Program-made: the position numbers and the translations under genes
The notes under the pieces: generated by a model
Databases searched by the model: none
What the model was told of the DNA's origin: nothing
The model's input: the letters and a program-made list of their open reading frames with translations, nothing else
In this document: positions 49,028 to 59,110 of the stretch, piece after piece
Layout of the letters: the number at the start of each line of letters is the position of its first letter
Position numbering within the stretch: position 1 is the stretch's first letter
Assembly: GCA_965219955.1 (NCBI GenBank)
Contig: OZ244799.1
Location: 704,001-768,000, forward strand
From: a bacterium
GTDB taxonomy: Bacteria > UBA8248
Direction of reading: 5' to 3'
DNA length: 64,000 bases

Positions 49028-49385
49028 AGGGGTTGTTGAGAAAGCCCTCGTCAGTCGGTGTTGCGGTTGTAGGGACAACCCTCCGTGGTTGTCCTTTTGC
49101 AGGATGGTTCGAATCAGGACAGGCACGGAGGCCTGTCCCTACAGGGCGGCGCCTCCTCGGTCGGTTCGATTGCCCCCTCATTTGTTGAAAACCAACCCCC
49201 CCCTACCCCCCCTTGTCAGGGGGGTAAAAAAAGCGCCGCCCCCCCGTCGCCGGAGGGGTCTTGGTTCTTCTTGCCCCCCTGACAAGGGGGGGTAGGGGGG
49301 TTGCCTTTATCCCTTGAGGAGAGAGGCTTTTTCAATTCAAACCCTCATTCATCAATCGGGTTTGACCCTTAAGGGAGGAGTGAAG
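49028..49385. repeat. Mosaic repeat cluster
   Basis: GGGTTGTTGAGAA end, GTAG REP doublet, CCCCCCTTGTCAGGGGG doublet. Confidence 0.88.
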
Positions 49386-49511
49386 TCTCTTTACTCCCGG
49401 GGGTCCGCCCACCGGCCGCCGCATCGGGAAAACCCCTTTCGGGAAGTCAGCCGTTTCCTTCACCGCTTTCATCGACGGCGCCCCCGGCGTCGCCGCCGAT
49501 TTCGCCGCCTC

Positions 49512-50810
49512 TCATAAGCCGCCGGGAGTCGGCGGCGCAATGGTGGCGACGAAGCCGCCCTTCATGGTCCCCTTCACGTCGAAGATGCCGCCGACCGTGT
49601 TCGCGTTCGTCCCCGTACTCGCTACCTGGCTGCGGAAGGCGCCCGTGAGCGTACGTCCGGCGGAATCGTCCGAAAACTCGCCGCCGACGAGGGCCAGGCC
49701 CGTCCAGCTCTGGTTGGGATAGCGATGTGGGGGGAAGCCGCCGCTAGGCGGCTGCGGGTCCCGCCCGCTGGTGGCCCAGGCGCTCCGGAGGTCCGTGAGC
49801 GACACGTCCACCGTGGGGCTCTCGCCGAAATTGACGGTGACCGCAGCGTCGCCGCCGATTTCGTCGCCCCTTGTCAGGTAAGAATAGAATGCGCTGTCGA
49901 AAGCGATGACCTTGCCGGTCCAGGTGGCGCTCGTTTCGCTCCCCTGGGGAGCGGGCTGCACGGCGCTCCCGGGCGCCTGGAGATAAGCTTCGGTCAGGAA
50001 GAAATCCTCGACGGTGAAGCCGTAATAAGGGCCGTATTCGGCGGCGGCCAGGAGCCAGTTCAGCACTTCCACCTTGTCACTGCCGTTCTTCGTCGACTGC
50101 ACTTTCTTGGCCCGGACGTGGACCGCCAGATCTCCGTCGCCGGCGTCGGCCGGATAGGTCAGCCACGTATTGTGGATGTGGACACCACCGTAATACAAGG
50201 AGTCGTAAGCGAATTTCCCGCTCCCCCCGCTGACCGGGAGGGTCAGGGTCCTGAACTGGCGTTTTCTTCTCCTCCGGACCACCACGTGCGGCCCGTTGTT
50301 TTTGCTGGCGCTGTGCCCCCCCGGCTGATAGGCCTCCAGCCCCCATAACCCGAGTGTATTGATGTCGATCGTCTCGTCCGTCTCCGAGGGAAACGGGAGC
50401 GTGGACGGATCCGTCACTACATACCTGGAGGCGGCCGATCCCGGAGTTCCCTGTCCCGGGGACGAGGGGTTGTCGGAAATCGTCGGGGGTTTTTCTCCGG
50501 GACCCGTCGGGGGCGTTCCCCCGGGAATCGACGGCGTATTCCGGGCGACCGGAGCCGCTTTCTCGACAACCGGAGCCGGCGCGACCGCGGCGGCCGCCTG
50601 GATGGAGAGGGCCGATCCCCCGAGGACGGTCCCGGCGTTCGTCGCGCCCGCCCCCCCGCCCCCGCCGCCGCAGGCGGAGAGGAGCAGGGCCAGGCCCGCG
50701 GCGGCGGCAACCCCCGGCAGTCCACCGCGGCCGGGGCGGCCCCGGCGGACCGGTCCGGCGGGGAGAGAATGGAGGGAATCGCTCTTTTGCTGCTTGTGAG
50801 AGTCGCTCAT
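49512..50810 (-). CDS. Surface lipoprotein with a TbpB-like C-terminal beta-barrel
   Basis: AAGGAGG before ATG 50810; lipobox LSAC followed by six Gly; Pro-rich linker; ATWTG...VTVNFG...VGGIF...GGFVA C-terminus. Confidence 0.7.
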   Translation of the reverse strand: MSDSHKQQKSDSLHSLPAGPVRRGRPGRGGLPGVAAAAGLALLLSACGGGGGGAGATNAGTVLGGSALSIQAAAAVAPAPVVEKAAPVARNTPSIPGGTPPTGPGEKPPTISDNPSSPGQGTPGSAASRYVVTDPSTLPFPSETDETIDINTLGLWGLEAYQPGGHSASKNNGPHVVVRRRRKRQFRTLTLPVSGGSGKFAYDSLYYGGVHIHNTWLTYPADAGDGDLAVHVRAKKVQSTKNGSDKVEVLNWLLAAAEYGPYYGFTVEDFFLTEAYLQAPGSAVQPAPQGSETSATWTGKVIAFDSAFYSYLTRGDEIGGDAAVTVNFGESPTVDVSLTDLRSAWATSGRDPQPPSGGFPPHRYPNQSWTGLALVGGEFSDDSAGRTLTGAFRSQVASTGTNANTVGGIFDVKGTMKGGFVATIAPPTPGGL

Positions 50811-51003
50811 TTTATCCTCCTTGCTCATCAAGAAACCGGAAGAACAGGCGGCGCCCTGCGTTGTCGTTACTCTTGGCGACGTTTCTTCATGCGCGCCATT
50901 TTGTAATGAATAGTCAAATAAAAAGATAGCCGTAATTAAACGTATAGTCAAATACGGGCAAAACGACCCTCCGAGCCGTGTCGCCGGGGGAGGGGTGTCA
51001 TGG

Positions 51004-51141
51004 CCGGGGTTGCATGTCACCGTGGAGGTCAAGGCCGCTCGCGGGGGCAGGACGTTCATCGCCTTCGGCCCGCGGGTGATCGCCGAGGAGACCGGCCCCC
51101 GGATTCCGACTCCCGGCGCGATGGACGTGACCGGGTTGTGG
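51004..51141 (+). pseudogene. Degenerate copy of the last 46 codons of the M24 gene
   Basis: Ungapped alignment to 48874-49011 with 32 mismatches in 138 nt by hand count; stop TGA changed to TGG. Confidence 0.85.
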
Positions 51142-51224
51142 AGAGATTCGGGGAATTCACGGCGGGGTGAAGTTCTGTAGAGCCGGACGTCGCGAGTAAT
51201 TCTCGCTTCCTCTTGAGAAGTGCT

Positions 51225-51250
51225 GTAGGGACAGGTCGCGACCTGTCCCT
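51225..51250. repeat. Single GTAG REP palindrome
   Basis: GTAGGGACAGGTCGCGACCTGTCCCT, also present at about 47138. Confidence 0.8.
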
Positions 51251-51445
51251 AGCATTGTGCCGGATGATGCGGCTGAGAAAAGAGCGAGATACTGAAACTC
51301 CACTCCCCCCTTGGGGGTTAAACTCACCAGCATGGTCAAGCTCTCACAAGTCCGCAATTTCCCGCATTTGCGGTCAGGGGCTGGAGGAAGATTCCAGGTG
51401 TGGCGACGCGTCGTGTCGACCGGATCAGGGCCAGGTGAATTTCTG

Positions 51446-51485
51446 TAAAATACGATAAAATACGATAAAATTGGATAAATTCAGG
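51446..51485. repeat. 10-bp periodic tandem repeat
   Basis: TAAAATACGA TAAAATACGA TAAAATTGGA TAAATTCAGG. Confidence 0.75.
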
Positions 51486-51634
51486 GGGTATTTCTGAAAA
51501 TTTCCAGGCGTAAAATCGGCGGAAGCGATTTCACGCGCGAGACGCACCATGCCGCATCCCGGTCGTCTCACATGAACTGAAAATGCGGGGAAATGCGCTC
51601 CGGTGAAGGAAGAAAACAGATTAGATTGTCAATC

Positions 51635-52168
51635 CTATCTTTTTGTATTCATGTCCATTAGTCGTTTTTTGAGAGCAGGTAGAAAGCCGCCGAGTTCGAT
51701 GATCTCTCTCAGCGCATCGGGCAGCGGGCCGGACTCGCAGCGCACGCCGCGGCTCAGGTTCTCGACCTCCCCGGTCCGGAAATTGACGCGGAGCTCATCC
51801 CCGTCCTCAACAAACGCGCCTATGTCATTGAAAAACGGGAGACTGGGCAATCCCGCCGCGACGATCATCCGGTAGGTGAAATGCGGGACGCTCTCCGCGA
51901 TGAGGCCCAGCCCCAGGCCCGCCATGCCCAGCAGGCCGTATATGTGCGGATTCCCCTGGCCGAACCGCTTTCCCGCCACCACGACGTCGCCCGGTTTCGC
52001 GCGCTCGGGAAAATCGGGGATCAGGTTCGTGAAGACGTGCTTTTTCAAGTAGTTAGGGTCCGAGACGCGCACGCCCCCCACGAAGACTTTTGCGAATTCG
52101 AGGATGTCGTCATCCAGAGAGAGGTTGTCGCCGAATTTCCAGCAACGCCCCTGCATCGTCCAGTTCAA
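51635..52168 (-). CDS. LeuD/HacB-like aconitase-family small subunit
   Basis: GRCWKFGDNL, PGDVVVAGKRFG, DGDEL.VNF.TG, IIELGG. Confidence 0.85.
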   Translation of the reverse strand: MNWTMQGRCWKFGDNLSLDDDILEFAKVFVGGVRVSDPNYLKKHVFTNLIPDFPERAKPGDVVVAGKRFGQGNPHIYGLLGMAGLGLGLIAESVPHFTYRMIVAAGLPSLPFFNDIGAFVEDGDELRVNFRTGEVENLSRGVRCESGPLPDALREIIELGGFLPALKKRLMDMNTKR

Positions 52169-52178
52169 GATGCGCTCC

Positions 52179-53438
52179 TCAAGCCAGGAAATCCCTGGGG
52201 TCTGTGATCTCGCCCCGCACCGCGGAGGCCGCCACCGTGGCCGCGCCGGCGAGGTAGATCCGGGCCTCCCGGCTCCCCATCCTCCCCACGTCGTTTCGCG
52301 TCACCGTGGCGATGCAGGTCTCCCCGTCCGCCAGGGGGCCTCCCCTGCCGATGGCGCAGGGGCCGCATCCCGGCGGGCCCACCATGGCGCCCGCCTCGCA
52401 GAAAACGTCCATCAATCCATCCTCGACGCAGCGGGCGAGCACCTCCCGGCTGCCGGGCGTCACGATCATCCTCACGCCGGGCGCCAGCTTTTTGCCGCGC
52501 AGAATCTCCGCCGCCTCGGCCATGTCCTCATACTGATCCGCTGCGCAAGATCCCAGATACGCCGCGTGAATCGGCACGCCTATGGCCTCACCGAGCGGGG
52601 CCACGTTCTCGGGTCTCGGCGGTAGCGCGACGACGGGTTCCATCTCGGAAAGATCGAACTCGTAGGTTTCGGCGAATTCGGCGTCAGGGTCGCTTCTCAT
52701 CGCCTCGAAGCCGCCGATGTTTCTCTCGCGCATCCCTGCCGCCACGACCTCATCGGCGGGAACGATGGCGCTTTTCGCCCCGATCTCTATCGGCAGGTTG
52801 CAGAGTTTGACCCGCGTGTCGACCCCCAGACGGGCGAGAGCATCCCCGGTGTACTCGAAGACGCGGTAATCGGCGGCGTCTGGGCCGATTTCGTGAATGA
52901 TGCGGGCGGCGGCGTCCCGGATTCCCACACCCGGCTGGAGTTTCCCGCTCAAGTCGATCCGAATTGTCTCGGGAACTTTCAGCCAGTGGCTGCCGGTGGC
53001 GAGCACGGCGGGGAACTCGAAGACGAGCGCGAGGCCGAGACAGCCCACCGCGCCGTAGTTCGTGACGTGAATGTCATACGCCAGGACGCATTCACCTGGC
53101 TTTACGATGCCGATTTCCATCGGGAACACATGGCCCTGACCGCGGCCCGGCCCGAAAAAATGTTTTATACCCCAGCGTTTGACGATCTCCCTTATCTTTT
53201 TGGCGCGGTTCGCGACGGCGACGGTCTGGGGGATCGTGTCGTGATCGAAGCAGACGAACACGCGCTCGGGGTTCCAGGGGCGCTCCACCCCGAGTTCGGT
53301 GAGCTGGCGGTCGGCTTCCACGACGTAGAGGTCGTGAATCGTCGCCAGATCGGCCTCCGGGTAGACGATGTCGCCTGCGCGCAACTCCTCCCGGCCCGAG
53401 GCTCTAGCCATGATTTTCTCCGTCAGGGTCATGCCCAT
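52179..53438 (-). CDS. LeuC/HacA-like aconitase-family large subunit
   Basis: MGMTLTEKI, FDH, WLKVPE, LGSC, PGCGPC, RN..GRMG. Confidence 0.88.
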   Translation of the reverse strand: MGMTLTEKIMARASGREELRAGDIVYPEADLATIHDLYVVEADRQLTELGVERPWNPERVFVCFDHDTIPQTVAVANRAKKIREIVKRWGIKHFFGPGRGQGHVFPMEIGIVKPGECVLAYDIHVTNYGAVGCLGLALVFEFPAVLATGSHWLKVPETIRIDLSGKLQPGVGIRDAAARIIHEIGPDAADYRVFEYTGDALARLGVDTRVKLCNLPIEIGAKSAIVPADEVVAAGMRERNIGGFEAMRSDPDAEFAETYEFDLSEMEPVVALPPRPENVAPLGEAIGVPIHAAYLGSCAADQYEDMAEAAEILRGKKLAPGVRMIVTPGSREVLARCVEDGLMDVFCEAGAMVGPPGCGPCAIGRGGPLADGETCIATVTRNDVGRMGSREARIYLAGAATVAASAVRGEITDPRDFLA

Positions 53439-53585
53439 GGCGCATCCTGTCTTTGATTGAGGGAACCGAGCCTAGCATCCTGGCCGAGCAAAGAGAAGAG
53501 GAATTTGATACACTGGACCTTTACGACCTCAGAAAAATACGTTGATACTGCTGAATAATGCGGATTTAAGGCTTGGAGGAAAATC

Positions 53586-55481
53586 ATGGGTTATGCAGAC
53601 GTTTACGGTCGCTCCCTCTCGGAGGCGGAAGCGTTCTGGGCGGAAGCGGCGGAGGATATCCACTGGTATAAAAAGTGGGACAAGGTGCTTGACGACTCGA
53701 ACCCGCCCTTTTACCGCTGGTTCACGGGAGGCGAGGTCAACACCTGCTACAACACGGTCGACAGGCACGTCGAGGAGGGACGCGGGGATCAACTCGCGCT
53801 GATATACGACACCCCCATCACGGGCGAACCCACCCGGAAGATTACTTTTAGGGAATTGCAGCACAAAGTGGCGCATTTCGCGGGCGCTCTCAAGGCTCAG
53901 GGGGTGGAAAAGGGCGACCGCGTCATCATCTACATGCCGATGGTGCCCGAAGCCGCCATCGCCATGCTGGCCTGCGCGCGCATCGGCGCGGTGCACTCGG
54001 TCGTTTTCGGCGGCTTCGCGCCCAATGAGTTGGCCACGCGAATCGAGGACGCGAAACCAAAGCTCATGATATCCGCCTCGTGCGGCGTCGAGCCCTCGGG
54101 CGTCATCGCCTACAAGCCCCTGCTCGATGAGGCGATCAATTTATCCAGCACGAAACCTGACAAGTGCATCATCCTGCAGCGCCCTCAGGTCGAGGCGGAA
54201 CTCATCGAGGGCAGAGACATCGAGTGGAGCGATTCGCTCGAAGGCGCAGAACCTGCGGACTGCGTCCCCCTCGCCGCCACGGACCCCCTGTATATCCTCT
54301 ATACTTCGGGCACGACGGGCGAGCCCAAGGGCGTGGTGCGGGACAACGGCGGCCACATGGTGGCGCTCAAGTGGTCGATGCGAAACGTGTACGACGTGTC
54401 GCCGGGTGAGGTGTTCTGGGCCGCGTCCGACGTCGGCTGGGTTGTGGGGCACTCTTATATCGTATACGCGCCGCTGGCTCACGGCTGCACGACCATCCTC
54501 TTCGAGGGCAAGCCCGTGGGCACGCCCGACGCAGGCGTTTTCTGGCGTATCATCTCCGAGCACGGGGTGGAGGTTTTCTTCACCGCGCCGACGGCGTTCC
54601 GCGCCATCAAGCGAGACGATCCGGACGCCGAACTCATGAAGAATTACGACCTCAGTCATTTCCGCATTCTTTTCCTGGCCGGGGAGCGCTCCGACCCCGA
54701 TACGATCCAGTGGGCCGAAGAGCATCTCAAGGTTCCCGTCATCGACCATTACTGGCAGACGGAGACCGGCTGGCCGATGCTGGCGAACCCCATGGGCATC
54801 GAGCATATGCCCGTAAAATACGGCTCTCCCTCGAAGTCGGTGCCAGGCTACGATTTCAAGGTGCTCGACAGCGAGTGCCGCGAACTGGGCGCGGGTGAGA
54901 TGGGCGCGCTGTGCGTCAAGCTTCCCCTGCCGCCCGGTTGTCTGCCGACCCTCTGGAACGCGGATGACCGCTACGTCGACTCCTACCTGAGCGAGTACCC
55001 GGGTTTCTACAAGACGGGCGACGCGGGATACATGGACGAGGAAGGCTACGTCTACGTGATGTCTAGGACGGACGACATCATCAACGTGGCGGGCCACAGG
55101 CTCTCCACGGGCGGTATGGAGGAGGTTTTATCGGCCCATCCCGACGTGGCGGAGTGCGCGGTCATCGGCGTGAAGGACCAGCTCAAGGGCCAGCTCCCGC
55201 TCGGTTTCCTGGTGCTCAAGGCCGGCGTCGATAAACAAGACGAAGATATCGTCAGCGAGGTGGTGCAGCTCGTTCGTCAGCAGATCGGCGCGGTCGCCTC
55301 CTTCCGTCAGGCGACGGTGGTGAAGCGCCTGCCCAAGACGCGCTCGGGCAAGATTCTGCGGGGGACGATGGCGTGCATCGCCGATGGCGAGGAATACAAG
55401 ATGCCCGCCACCATCGACGATCCGGCCATCCTGCCCGAGATCACGGAAGCGCTCGCCGGGCTGGGTTATCCCCCCGCTTAG
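53586..55481 (+). CDS. prpE: Propionyl-CoA synthetase
   Basis: YTSGTTGEPKGVVRDNGGH, ASDVGWVVGHSYIVYAPL, DHYWQTE, LPKTRSGKILR, MPATIDDP. Confidence 0.9.
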   Translation: MGYADVYGRSLSEAEAFWAEAAEDIHWYKKWDKVLDDSNPPFYRWFTGGEVNTCYNTVDRHVEEGRGDQLALIYDTPITGEPTRKITFRELQHKVAHFAGALKAQGVEKGDRVIIYMPMVPEAAIAMLACARIGAVHSVVFGGFAPNELATRIEDAKPKLMISASCGVEPSGVIAYKPLLDEAINLSSTKPDKCIILQRPQVEAELIEGRDIEWSDSLEGAEPADCVPLAATDPLYILYTSGTTGEPKGVVRDNGGHMVALKWSMRNVYDVSPGEVFWAASDVGWVVGHSYIVYAPLAHGCTTILFEGKPVGTPDAGVFWRIISEHGVEVFFTAPTAFRAIKRDDPDAELMKNYDLSHFRILFLAGERSDPDTIQWAEEHLKVPVIDHYWQTETGWPMLANPMGIEHMPVKYGSPSKSVPGYDFKVLDSECRELGAGEMGALCVKLPLPPGCLPTLWNADDRYVDSYLSEYPGFYKTGDAGYMDEEGYVYVMSRTDDIINVAGHRLSTGGMEEVLSAHPDVAECAVIGVKDQLKGQLPLGFLVLKAGVDKQDEDIVSEVVQLVRQQIGAVASFRQATVVKRLPKTRSGKILRGTMACIADGEEYKMPATIDDPAILPEITEALAGLGYPPA

Positions 55482-55699
55482 TCTGAACCGGAGGGGATTC
55501 CCGGCGCGTCAATTTCGCAAGCCGCTCTGATTATCGGGCCCTTTCTGCCGGGGGGCACGCGCCCGCCCGAGCGGCCAGGCGGAGTGGGTCTTGGATGATC
55601 CTCGGGTTTATGCGAGCAAGATGAGCCGGGGGCGAGCCCGAGGTCCACTTCGGCGGGTGCTTTTCATGGCAGCGCTAACGCCGTCGTTCCTTTTATGGG

Positions 55700-56602
55700 G
55701 TGGTTTTGCTCAAATCCTTGGACCCGAACCTCCTGTCGTTCATCGCGGCGTTTTTCGTCGCCATCTCCCAGGTATTCTATCGGAAAGCGCTGATCCACAT
55801 CGGACCTGCGATTGCGGCCATCGCGATGAACGTACTCTCCGCGTTGTTGGCGGGCGTGCTCTACTTCGCATGGGACGAGAGCGTTACATGGCACTTGAAG
55901 GGCGTCATGTGGTACATGCTCATCGGCCTGTTCGGGAGTTCTATCGGGCGCTACATGATTTTCGGCTCGATGCGCCTGATCGGCCTGGCGCGAACGCAGA
56001 TCATGGTGCAGTCGGTCCTGGTGTGGTCGGCGCTCATGGGGGTGTTCATACTGGGCGAGCGGTTCTCGGCGGGCGTAGCCGTCGGTACGCTGGCCATCTT
56101 GATCGGGGCGATTCTTCTCGTCTACAAGAGAGAGTCGTCCAAGAGAGAGTCCGGCGAGAAGGATGTTTCACTCCTTTACTTTCTCGTTCCGGTCATCGCT
56201 TCCTTCCTGTTTTCCCTGACGTTTGTCTTTAGAAAATACGCCCTCCTCCTGATACCTTCTGAATCTTTGGGGATTGCGATTTCCACCACCACTGCGTCGG
56301 TCCTGCTCCTTCTCGCCATGCCGTTTACGAAGGAAGAAGGAGGGATGAAAGGCTGGAGCCTCAGAGGACTTGTGACGATAGCCTGCGGGGTTGTCGCGAA
56401 TATAATAGCCGCCCTTTGCTTCTGGGCAGCGTTCAGGGAGGGGGAGGTGGTGCAGGTGATACCCATCAACCGCCTCTCCGTCTTGTGGGTCATCGTCTTC
56501 TCCTGGATGTTCTTGAAAAAGCAGGAGAGCGTCACGCTGCGCATCGTGATCGGCGGCGTCTTGTCCGTGGTGGGCGCGTTCGCGATTGCTTGGGGGAAAT
56601 AA
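55700..56602 (+). CDS. DMT/EamA family transporter
   Basis: About 10 TM helices in two repeats; FILGER and FLKKQE loops. Confidence 0.85.
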   Translation: MVLLKSLDPNLLSFIAAFFVAISQVFYRKALIHIGPAIAAIAMNVLSALLAGVLYFAWDESVTWHLKGVMWYMLIGLFGSSIGRYMIFGSMRLIGLARTQIMVQSVLVWSALMGVFILGERFSAGVAVGTLAILIGAILLVYKRESSKRESGEKDVSLLYFLVPVIASFLFSLTFVFRKYALLLIPSESLGIAISTTTASVLLLLAMPFTKEEGGMKGWSLRGLVTIACGVVANIIAALCFWAAFREGEVVQVIPINRLSVLWVIVFSWMFLKKQESVTLRIVIGGVLSVVGAFAIAWGK

Positions 56603-56634
56603 AAGGCAGTTTCAAGAAGCCGGGGTGGTCGGGC

Positions 56635-57243
56635 TTATTTCTCCACCCATTTCGCCGAGAAGGGCACCTCTCCACCGAGGACGATCCCGGCGTCCGAATC
56701 CGCCCAGTCGGCGTAGAAAAGAAGCGCAGCCTCATAGCTCTTCGAGCGTGTGTTGCTCGTGCGCGTGTGGGTGATGACCAGATGGGCCAGCTCGGTGGCC
56801 TTGGGCAGTCCTTTCTCCCAGATTTTGTGTGCCCCGTAGACGCCGTGCTGAATCTTCTCGCCGAACTCGGTGATTTTCCCGGGCGGCACGCTGGTGCCCG
56901 TAGGAGTCCCGCCGGGGTGGGGCGCGGATTCGAGCGGTTTCGAGATGTCGTGCAGGATGCACGAGGCGATGAGCAGGTCGCGGTCGACCTCGACGCCGTG
57001 GAGACTTTCGGCGATACCGGCCATGGCGAGCGCCATCTTCGTGACGCCCTGAATGTGGCCGATGAGCGTCATGTGTTTTTCTTCTTTGAGGTTTTTGGGA
57101 ATGTCCTCGAAACGCTCCCAGGCGGTCTCCTGAGCCAGGTCCAGCCAGATATCGACCACCCCGTCACGCAAGGCGGGGTCTTGGATTTGCGCTACTTCGG
57201 GGAAAAGTGCCCGAATCTCGTCCGCGTTCGTCTGAATCGCCAT
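56635..57243 (-). CDS. HD domain protein
   Basis: LIGH, ILHDISKPLE, HGVYG, ITHT, YAD. Confidence 0.85.
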   Translation of the reverse strand: MAIQTNADEIRALFPEVAQIQDPALRDGVVDIWLDLAQETAWERFEDIPKNLKEEKHMTLIGHIQGVTKMALAMAGIAESLHGVEVDRDLLIASCILHDISKPLESAPHPGGTPTGTSVPPGKITEFGEKIQHGVYGAHKIWEKGLPKATELAHLVITHTRTSNTRSKSYEAALLFYADWADSDAGIVLGGEVPFSAKWVEK

Positions 57244-57267
57244 GTTCTTCGCTCCGCCCGGTCTTTC

Positions 57268-57582
57268 TTAAGCGTCCGGGACTTCGAGGCCGACGAGGGG
57301 CCCGAACTGCTGACCTCCATAGCAGTCGCCGTCTTCGAGATCGCACGAAAATACGGGACGGGGAATGGAGATTTTAATCGCGCGCGCGGCATCGTGGTGC
57401 ACGAGCAGCACCTTCTCCTCGGCCAGGTTGTAGAGGCGGCAGAACACCTCTTTGGTGAGGACGTTCGATGCGACCACGCGCCGGTAGGTTTCTTCCTCGT
57501 CGAACATGACGTCGAACGTGAGGTTGAACGGCCCTGCGTTTTTCGAGCGAATCAGTTTTGCGAGTTCGCCGAGCGCCGCCAT
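57268..57582 (-). CDS. DUF4387 family protein
   Basis: IRSKNAGPFNLTFD, AIKISIPRP, DCYGGQQ. Confidence 0.88.
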   Translation of the reverse strand: MAALGELAKLIRSKNAGPFNLTFDVMFDEEETYRRVVASNVLTKEVFCRLYNLAEEKVLLVHHDAARAIKISIPRPVFSCDLEDGDCYGGQQFGPLVGLEVPDA

Positions 57583-58970
57583 CAGTTCGCCACCTCCATC
57601 GTCTCGGTCGGGAACATCTCGTAGGGGTCGTCCGGGTAGACGACGTGGTTCAGGTTGAACCGGTATACGGGGCCTTTTTCGAGTTCCGCCGGCGTGAAGG
57701 GAAACGCCAGCGTCGAAATGAGACCGCCCCACTCGGGGATGGGGTAGTGGAGCGCGAAATGAGCCAGCGTGGCCGCCATCGTGTTCGCGGATACCTGATC
57801 TTGCGCCGTCACCTCGAAGAGGACGCCCACTTCGTGCGGAATCCGGCCCGCCTCTGGTTCGAGCGTTCCCATCACGGCGTCGCGCCCGAAAACGCGGATG
57901 GTGAGCTGATAGGCGGGCGGTGATTCGCGGTCGGGGAAGATTTCCTGAACGCGCGTCTCGAAGCCCTCTCTGATACCGTCGAGCCAGGAGTCGAGTTGCT
58001 TGAGGATCATGGGGTCGCGCACCCCGCCGATGATCACCGACTGGTAGCCGACGAGTTTGGCCCCCTCGAGCTTGATGGAATAACGCTCCGCCGTATGAAA
58101 CTCGGAACCCCCCACGCGCACGGCGCGCTCACTCTCCGCCGAGTAGGCCGAGCGGGTCGTGTCGAGGACGCCCGCGGGCTCGGTGATGCGGTAAGGGTCC
58201 GTGTTCTCATACAGGGTATGCGAGGCCACGCTCTGCGGGGTGCAGTACATCTGCGGGTTGAGCGGCTCGACCACGAAGTGATCGTCGCGAATCCAGGCGA
58301 AACAGCCATCCGGCCGCGCGCGGTGCACGGCGCAGGCCGCGCCGCATTCGAGTATCTTGGCCGCATGCCAGGCGAGGCCGCGGTCGGCGCCCATCCGCAC
58401 GGGATGGCAGGCGAAGACGGAGGTGTCGGAAGCCCTGCCGGCCAGCACCACGTCCGCTCCCTCGTCGAGCGCCCTGGCGATGGGTTCATCCCCCATCATG
58501 CCAACGATGTGCGCGCTGTTCTCGATGATCTCCTCATCGAGCGGGGGCGCCGGGTCGAGCGCCTGGATGCGGCCCTCTTTGTATCTTTTCTTGAGATACG
58601 CCTTGTCCTGTTCGCCGCTGACCAGGGCGAGGTTGAAGCTCAATCCCTCCTCGCGGGCGATTTCGAGACAAATATCGCGGGCCCACTCCAGCCCAGCGTC
58701 GCCGCCCGCCGTGCCGCATGAACCCACGATCATGGGGACGCCCAGGCTGTCACGCCCCTGGAGCATGAGTTTCAGGTCGCGCTTGGTCGCCGAGCGGGAG
58801 AAGTTCGGTGTTCCCGCGCCGAGAAAGGCGGGCCCGTTGTCCGTCGAGCCCCCGTCGCAGGCGATGACGTGGGGCTTCATGGACAACCCGCGCTCGAAGG
58901 AGCTTTCGGGGAAGCCTGAGCCGATGACGCCGCAAGGAGAGAGTACGCGCGCTTCCAAGGTTTGTTTCAC
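57582..58970 (-). CDS. AtuA (DUF1446) family protein
   Basis: CDGGSTDNGP, GSCGTAG, AGRASD, WHAAKILECGA, SHTLYEN, KLEGA, GVRDP; GTG start inferred. Confidence 0.85.
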   Translation of the reverse strand: MKQTLEARVLSPCGVIGSGFPESSFERGLSMKPHVIACDGGSTDNGPAFLGAGTPNFSRSATKRDLKLMLQGRDSLGVPMIVGSCGTAGGDAGLEWARDICLEIAREEGLSFNLALVSGEQDKAYLKKRYKEGRIQALDPAPPLDEEIIENSAHIVGMMGDEPIARALDEGADVVLAGRASDTSVFACHPVRMGADRGLAWHAAKILECGAACAVHRARPDGCFAWIRDDHFVVEPLNPQMYCTPQSVASHTLYENTDPYRITEPAGVLDTTRSAYSAESERAVRVGGSEFHTAERYSIKLEGAKLVGYQSVIIGGVRDPMILKQLDSWLDGIREGFETRVQEIFPDRESPPAYQLTIRVFGRDAVMGTLEPEAGRIPHEVGVLFEVTAQDQVSANTMAATLAHFALHYPIPEWGGLISTLAFPFTPAELEKGPVYRFNLNHVVYPDDPYEMFPTETMEVAN

Positions 58971-59110
58971 TCCATTCTGGTGAGGTTCGTGCGCATCCTG
59001 CGATGAAGACGCGTCACGAGGCGGCCCGGATGCAGCCATGTCGAATAGCGGCGCATCCTACACCGATTTTCTCGTGAGAGAAAGACAGAAGACGTATCCG
59101 GGTCGCGGCG

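Noticed and set aside
48874-51141. Possible diversity-generating retroelement VR/TR pair
   Set aside because: Mismatches are not confined to adenines of either copy, and no reverse transcriptase is present in the window.
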